From assembly GCA_044892525.1 (NCBI GenBank), contig CM097885.1:23996001-24060000 (forward strand): a stretch of DNA of 64,000 bases, in the 5' to 3' direction. The notes below the pieces were generated by a model. The model was not told the DNA's origin, searched no databases, and worked only from the letters and a program-made list of their open reading frames with translations. Positions 62,331 to 64,000 of the stretch are shown piece after piece. The first letter of the stretch is position 1. The number at the start of each line of letters is the position of its first letter. This DNA comes from Schmidtea polychroa (lineage: Eukaryota). Made by a program: the position numbers and the translations under genes.

Positions 62331-63119
62331 TCAATCAAATACTTAACAACTAAAGACTTTATTAACAACACATAAAAAATAACTATAATAATAAATAAAA
62401 ATTAACAAGACAGTGATAAAGATACAAAATTTATTCATCATCATATATTTGCTTATAAGAAGCTTTTCCTAATTCAGGAAGAAGAATGTTTCTTAAATTC
62501 TTGTCAAAATCTAAAATTCAACCAGATACCTACAACCAAAATACTAACAAATATGTACTATCTAGGTATTATTTACATTCAGATAATAAATACCAACTAT
62601 CAGCTGCTAAGGATTTTTAACTAGGTACTAACAAATAAGTACCAAATACTTACAACTAAGAACTTACAACCAGATAGCTGCTACCATGTATTAACAACCA
62701 ACAAACAACTAGCTACTAACAGATTAGTTTCAAAGATTATTTACTAACAATCAACAACAACCAACTAACTAGGTACCAGATACCAAATACTAAGTAACTC
62801 TCAAACAACCAGATACTAAAGACTTACAACCAGGTATTTACAATCAACTAAATATTCTTCATTGTATTTTATCAAATTGTATTTTATATAAATGAGACAT
62901 GATAAATTGACAAAGATGATTTACAATTACAACCAATTACAATTGGTAAATAAATTGGTGAGTGAATTTACACGCCAACCACCACTATAGAGAACGTATC
63001 TCAGTGGTGTTTGGTGTATATGTGATGTATTTGTGTGTTAATTTTATTTTTCTACCACTTTCTCACCTTCTATATAAATGATTTTATTCATTAAAACATT
63101 AAAATTTAAAGCGCAGGTA
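60723..63119. repeat. Block A, partial copy 6, plus re-duplicated promoter cassette
   Basis: Block A 5' part to ~62876, then a jump back to the cassette at 62885-63119. Confidence 0.93.
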
Positions 63120-64000
63120 AGTAGTGTGGTTATATACCCAACCAAAACAGCCCCCTAACAAAAACATGCCTCCAAATCACTTAAGCTATTAGAAAAACAA
63201 CCTAAAACTTATACTTTTATAGTATTTTAACCCTATATTTTGAAAACAACCACCCTTAATGACTCTAACTGTTTTAATCTTTAAAGCCTCAAACTCAAAA
63301 GCTTCAAACTAAAAAGAGAATAGAAAAGAAAATGGCATTATGAAAAAGTTAGAGGGCTATTTGATCTTAATCAGATTATTGATTTTAAATTATATAAATT
63401 AAAAAATAAATGAAAAATAGTAAAACTGCTCTGAGGGGACAGTGGTATTTTTTTTTTTTTTCACTGTCCCCTCAACAGTTTTTTTTGATCCGGATCATTT
63501 TTTTTATTTATCAACCTCTTTCGTTTATCGAATCTCTTCCAATATACAAGCTGGCCAGACTCATACATCATTATCAATCCGATAATAGCAGCACACCTTA
63601 TTATTCGCTTCTCGCTCAAATACGATTTCATCGGCGTTTTAAGTGTGCTGCTCGAAAGTACAAATGAATTCGAAAGCTAATTCGAAAGAGGTCCGAAAAC
63701 AACTGAGAAATAAATGTGCACATTAAAGAATCGATCCGGGGGTGTTCGAAAGACAGGTGGCGATAATTACCGGTTCGCCACCATCACCCGTTTCAATATT
63801 TTTTTTTTCATATTTATGTTTAAAAAATAATTAATTAATAAAAAAATAAAATAAAATAAAATAAATAAAATAAAATATACAAGTACTTTATAAATATAAG
63901 ATACCCACACTATTTTCAATATTATTTTCAAAGTTTTAATATTATTTTATGTTGAAAAAAAAACTAACCTCAGATGTGATTTGAACCGCTAGCATTTTGA
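63120..64000 (+). mobile_element. Polinton left end, copy 2 (runs off window)
   Basis: AGTAGT terminus at the same insertion site; near-identical to 25068-25949. Confidence 0.92.

Overview
Very AT-rich eukaryotic (probably invertebrate) DNA built almost entirely from a degenerate higher-order tandem array. The basic unit is about 14 kb: a ~4.8-kb non-coding block A followed by block B. Block A carries a head-to-head pair of paralogous TATA/short-exon/GTAAGT cassettes. A and B together hold defective transposon pieces: a Tc1-type DD34E element at the A/B boundary, Ty3/Gypsy gag+PBS fragments, Penelope-like RT/GIY-YIG/hammerhead pieces and a Buster-type hAT. A 7.5-kb internally deleted, right-truncated Polinton/Maverick (adintovirus-like) element sits at 25068-32602, and a second copy starts at 63120. 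It encodes a ZnF-PLA2-integrase, packaging ATPase, core proteins, adenain protease, penton, a fibre-like protein and a cryptic capsid C-terminus, but no pPolB. Three observations stand out. (i) Candidate Pol III small RNAs and a strongly structured non-coding domain lie near the Polinton terminus (VA-RNA-like hypothesis). (ii) The Polinton remnant sits exactly between two convergent promoter cassettes. (iii) Nearly all TE ORFs lie on one strand, antisense to the leftward cassette, which suggests an amplified piRNA-cluster-like TE trap. No intact host protein-coding gene was recognised. All family calls come from visual motif recognition, not from searches.
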